A stretch of DNA of 64,000 nt from Eledone cirrhosa (taxonomy: Eukaryota). The stretch's first letter is position 1; the number at the start of each line of letters is the position of its first letter. A program made the position numbers and the translations under genes. The stretch spans positions 301,506,001 through 301,570,000 of the forward strand of contig OZ024742.1 of the NCBI GenBank assembly GCA_964016885.1, given 5' to 3'. Of this stretch, positions 61,647-64,000 are shown in pieces. The notes beneath the pieces are model-generated. The model was not told the DNA's origin. It did no database searches and was given only the letters and a program-made list of their open reading frames with translations.

Positions 61647-62528
61647 CGAGGTGTGTCAGAAAAGTTCCAGGACTGATGTCACAAAAGATTTATTTCAAAC
61701 CCAAACTTCACACTAAGAGTTTTCTCCTTCAAAGTAATCCCCTGGAGTCTAATGCACTTTTCCTTTTCTGCCACGCTTGCATGCACTCCTGGAAGGATTC
61801 TTCCAGGATCCTCCGCAGTTCTGTCGTCATGGCCTTTTTGATATCGTCCACGTCATCAAAACGGGTCCCCTCCAGGTCGTACTCGAAGATCCATGACTCA
61901 TCACCGGTGATGACTGTCCCTAGCAAGTCTTGTTCAGTTTCAAGACGCTCGAGGATGTCCTGGCACACTTGCATGCGTCGACCCTTCTGGTTCAGCAGTT
62001 TTGGCACCATCTTCGCGCAGACTTTCCACATGTCCAAATCTTCAGTGAGAATCTTCCAGACGCTGTCCCGATTCATGCCCAGCTCATTTGCCATCAGTCG
62101 AACAGTCAGCCGACGATCGTTACCCACCATCTGCCTGACGCGCTCAACGTTGACCTCAGTCTTGGTTGTTGAGGACCTTCCGCTCCTGGGGTCATCTTCC
62201 ACGTCCTCGCGTCCTTCTTTAAACCTCTTGCACCACTCAAAAACACGGGAGCGTGACATCGTCTCATCTCCATACACTTGGAGCAATCCCAGTGCTTCTG
62301 ACGGAGTTTTCAAGTTTGTTCGTTGCTCTGTGCTCATTGCTTGACGACCTGAAACAGAGGACATGTATATAAAATTATGAAGGAAAAAGTTTGATCGCTG
62401 CAGAGAGCTAAGATTACAGTTACATACTCCAGGGGGATTACTTTGAAGGAGAAAACTCTTAGTGTGAAGTTTGGGTTTGAAATAAATTTTTTGTGACATC
62501 AGTCCTGGAACTTTTCTGACTCACCTTG
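61647..62528 (-). mobile_element. Internally deleted mariner element with ~103-bp TIRs and TA TSD
   Basis: VYGDETMSRSRVFEWCKRFKEGREDVEDDPRSGR, KVCAKMVPKLL and ITGDESW, then a jump to GTRFDDV. TIRs 61647-61748 and 62426-62528. Confidence 0.92.
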
Positions 62529-62546
62529 TATATATATATATATATA

Positions 62547-62893
62547 TCATTTCATCATCATCATTTCATTTTACGTCCGCTTTTCCCTGCTTGCAAGGGT
62601 GGGACGGGAACTGATTCTGGCTTGATTTCTACAGCTGGATGCCCTTCCTAACACCAACCTCATTTACAGTGAGTGCTGGGTGCTTTTTGCCGTGACACCT
62701 ACACGACCACTTTACAGTGGAATGATAGGGACCCCAGTCCCTATCATCTCATTTCTACAGCTGAGTAAACTGGAGCAATGTGAAATAAAGTGTCTTGCTC
62801 AAGGAAACAACACATCACCCGGTCTGAGAATTGAACTCACAACCTTTCGATTGCAAGGCCAATGCTCTGACCATTAGGCCATGTGCCTCTGCC
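62547..62893 (-). mobile_element. Complete tRNA-derived SINE with RTE-derived body and tail
   Basis: A-box TGGCCTAATGGTC, B-box GAGTTCAATTCTC, family-B core, hairpin ATGATAGGGAC/GTCCCTATCAT, RTE family 2 3' UTR block and RTE family 3 tail. Confidence 0.82.
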
Positions 62894-62971
62894 ATATATA
62901 TATACATATCCATATATATATACATATATATATATATACACATATATATATATACATATATATATATATAC

Positions 62972-63190
<219 letters not shown>

Positions 63191-63197
63191 ATTAATA

Positions 63198-63653
63198 ACT
63201 AGCAGAATGGCCCGGTGTTGCTCAGGATTTGCTCTAGGGTTCTTATATATTTGATATATATTTATCCTAAAAAAAAGACATCTGTGAACGCAGAAGTAAA
63301 TATTTCGAAAAACGTTATAAACTATATATATATATATACACACACTATATATACATATATACACACACACACAGCGTCATAATGTCATAATGCAGACAGC
63401 CAGACATACAGACAGATATTATAAGGGCGCAACGTTTTATCTATGTATCTATCTAAAAAGAAAGACTAAGAATTATAGAGAGAGATCGTTAAGCGGTCCC
63501 TAGGGCATTGAAAATTTGAAAGTTTTTTCCCTCAAAACACTCATAGGACCATAAGTATTACATGTGTAAAGTTTGAAAAAAATCGACTGGGTGGTTCTCG
63601 AGTTTTAGGGAGCTGACAGACAGACAGACATTCTCTGTTTTAGATATATAGAT
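63198..63653 (+). mobile_element. Fragments of a non-autonomous Helitron-like element
   Basis: ACTAGCAGAATGGCCCGGTGTTGCTC 5' motif and a (CAGA)n...TTTTAGATATATAGAT 3' end; interrupted. Confidence 0.45.
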
Positions 63654-64000
63654 AATAAATGTGAAGACTAAAATCCAAAGAGGGCTCGATAAGGATAAAT
63701 ATATATCAAATATATAAGAACCATAGAACATATATTCATGAAAATAACAGATTAAAGTTTAAGCAAAGAATTGCTGCTTTCACTCTTAACGGGATCTGAA
63801 ACTAAAAAAATCAATCTGTGAACGCAGAAGTAAATATTCCGAAAAAATTTGCAACTGAAGGAAAACAGGAGATGATACTTTGGTTTGTGAAGATGTTCCC
63901 TGGCAACGAACAGAAAAAAGCGAAGATAATATGTCGTTATATGGAGCGATGAGAACAATTACACGCAAAGACAAAACCACGTTCATGGCATAAATGGAGT

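Overview
Eukaryotic, AT-rich window saturated with transposons and microsatellites. The SINE and LINE repertoire and the (TA)n load suggest an invertebrate, most likely a cephalopod such as Octopus; this is inference only. No confident host gene is present; there is one weak candidate exon at 41352-41490(-). Retroelements seen: an L1/Tx1 LINE with an uninterrupted ORF2; a full-length Ty3/Gypsy LTR element; three RTE LINE families with a PHD-like finger inside the RT region; CR1, R4/Dong and CRE LINE pieces; several Penelope-like (Naiad- and Neptune-type) GIY-YIG remnants; and tRNA-derived SINEs. DNA transposons seen: a hAT carrying a 40-bp minisatellite, a rearranged mariner and MITEs. Signals most worth follow-up: (1) a dispersed set of type I hammerhead ribozymes, several with very long or mismatch-based stem II, often at fold-back palindromes; (2) in-window evidence that (TA)n is created inside target-site duplications at LINE 5' junctions; (3) exchange of UTR modules among RTE families and a SINE; (4) tail-to-tail same-family RTE pairs, one sharing a premature stop; (5) a Gypsy element with TG...AA termini and a PPT in front of both LTRs. 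All calls were made by eye, and boundaries are approximate unless a TSD or TIR is given.
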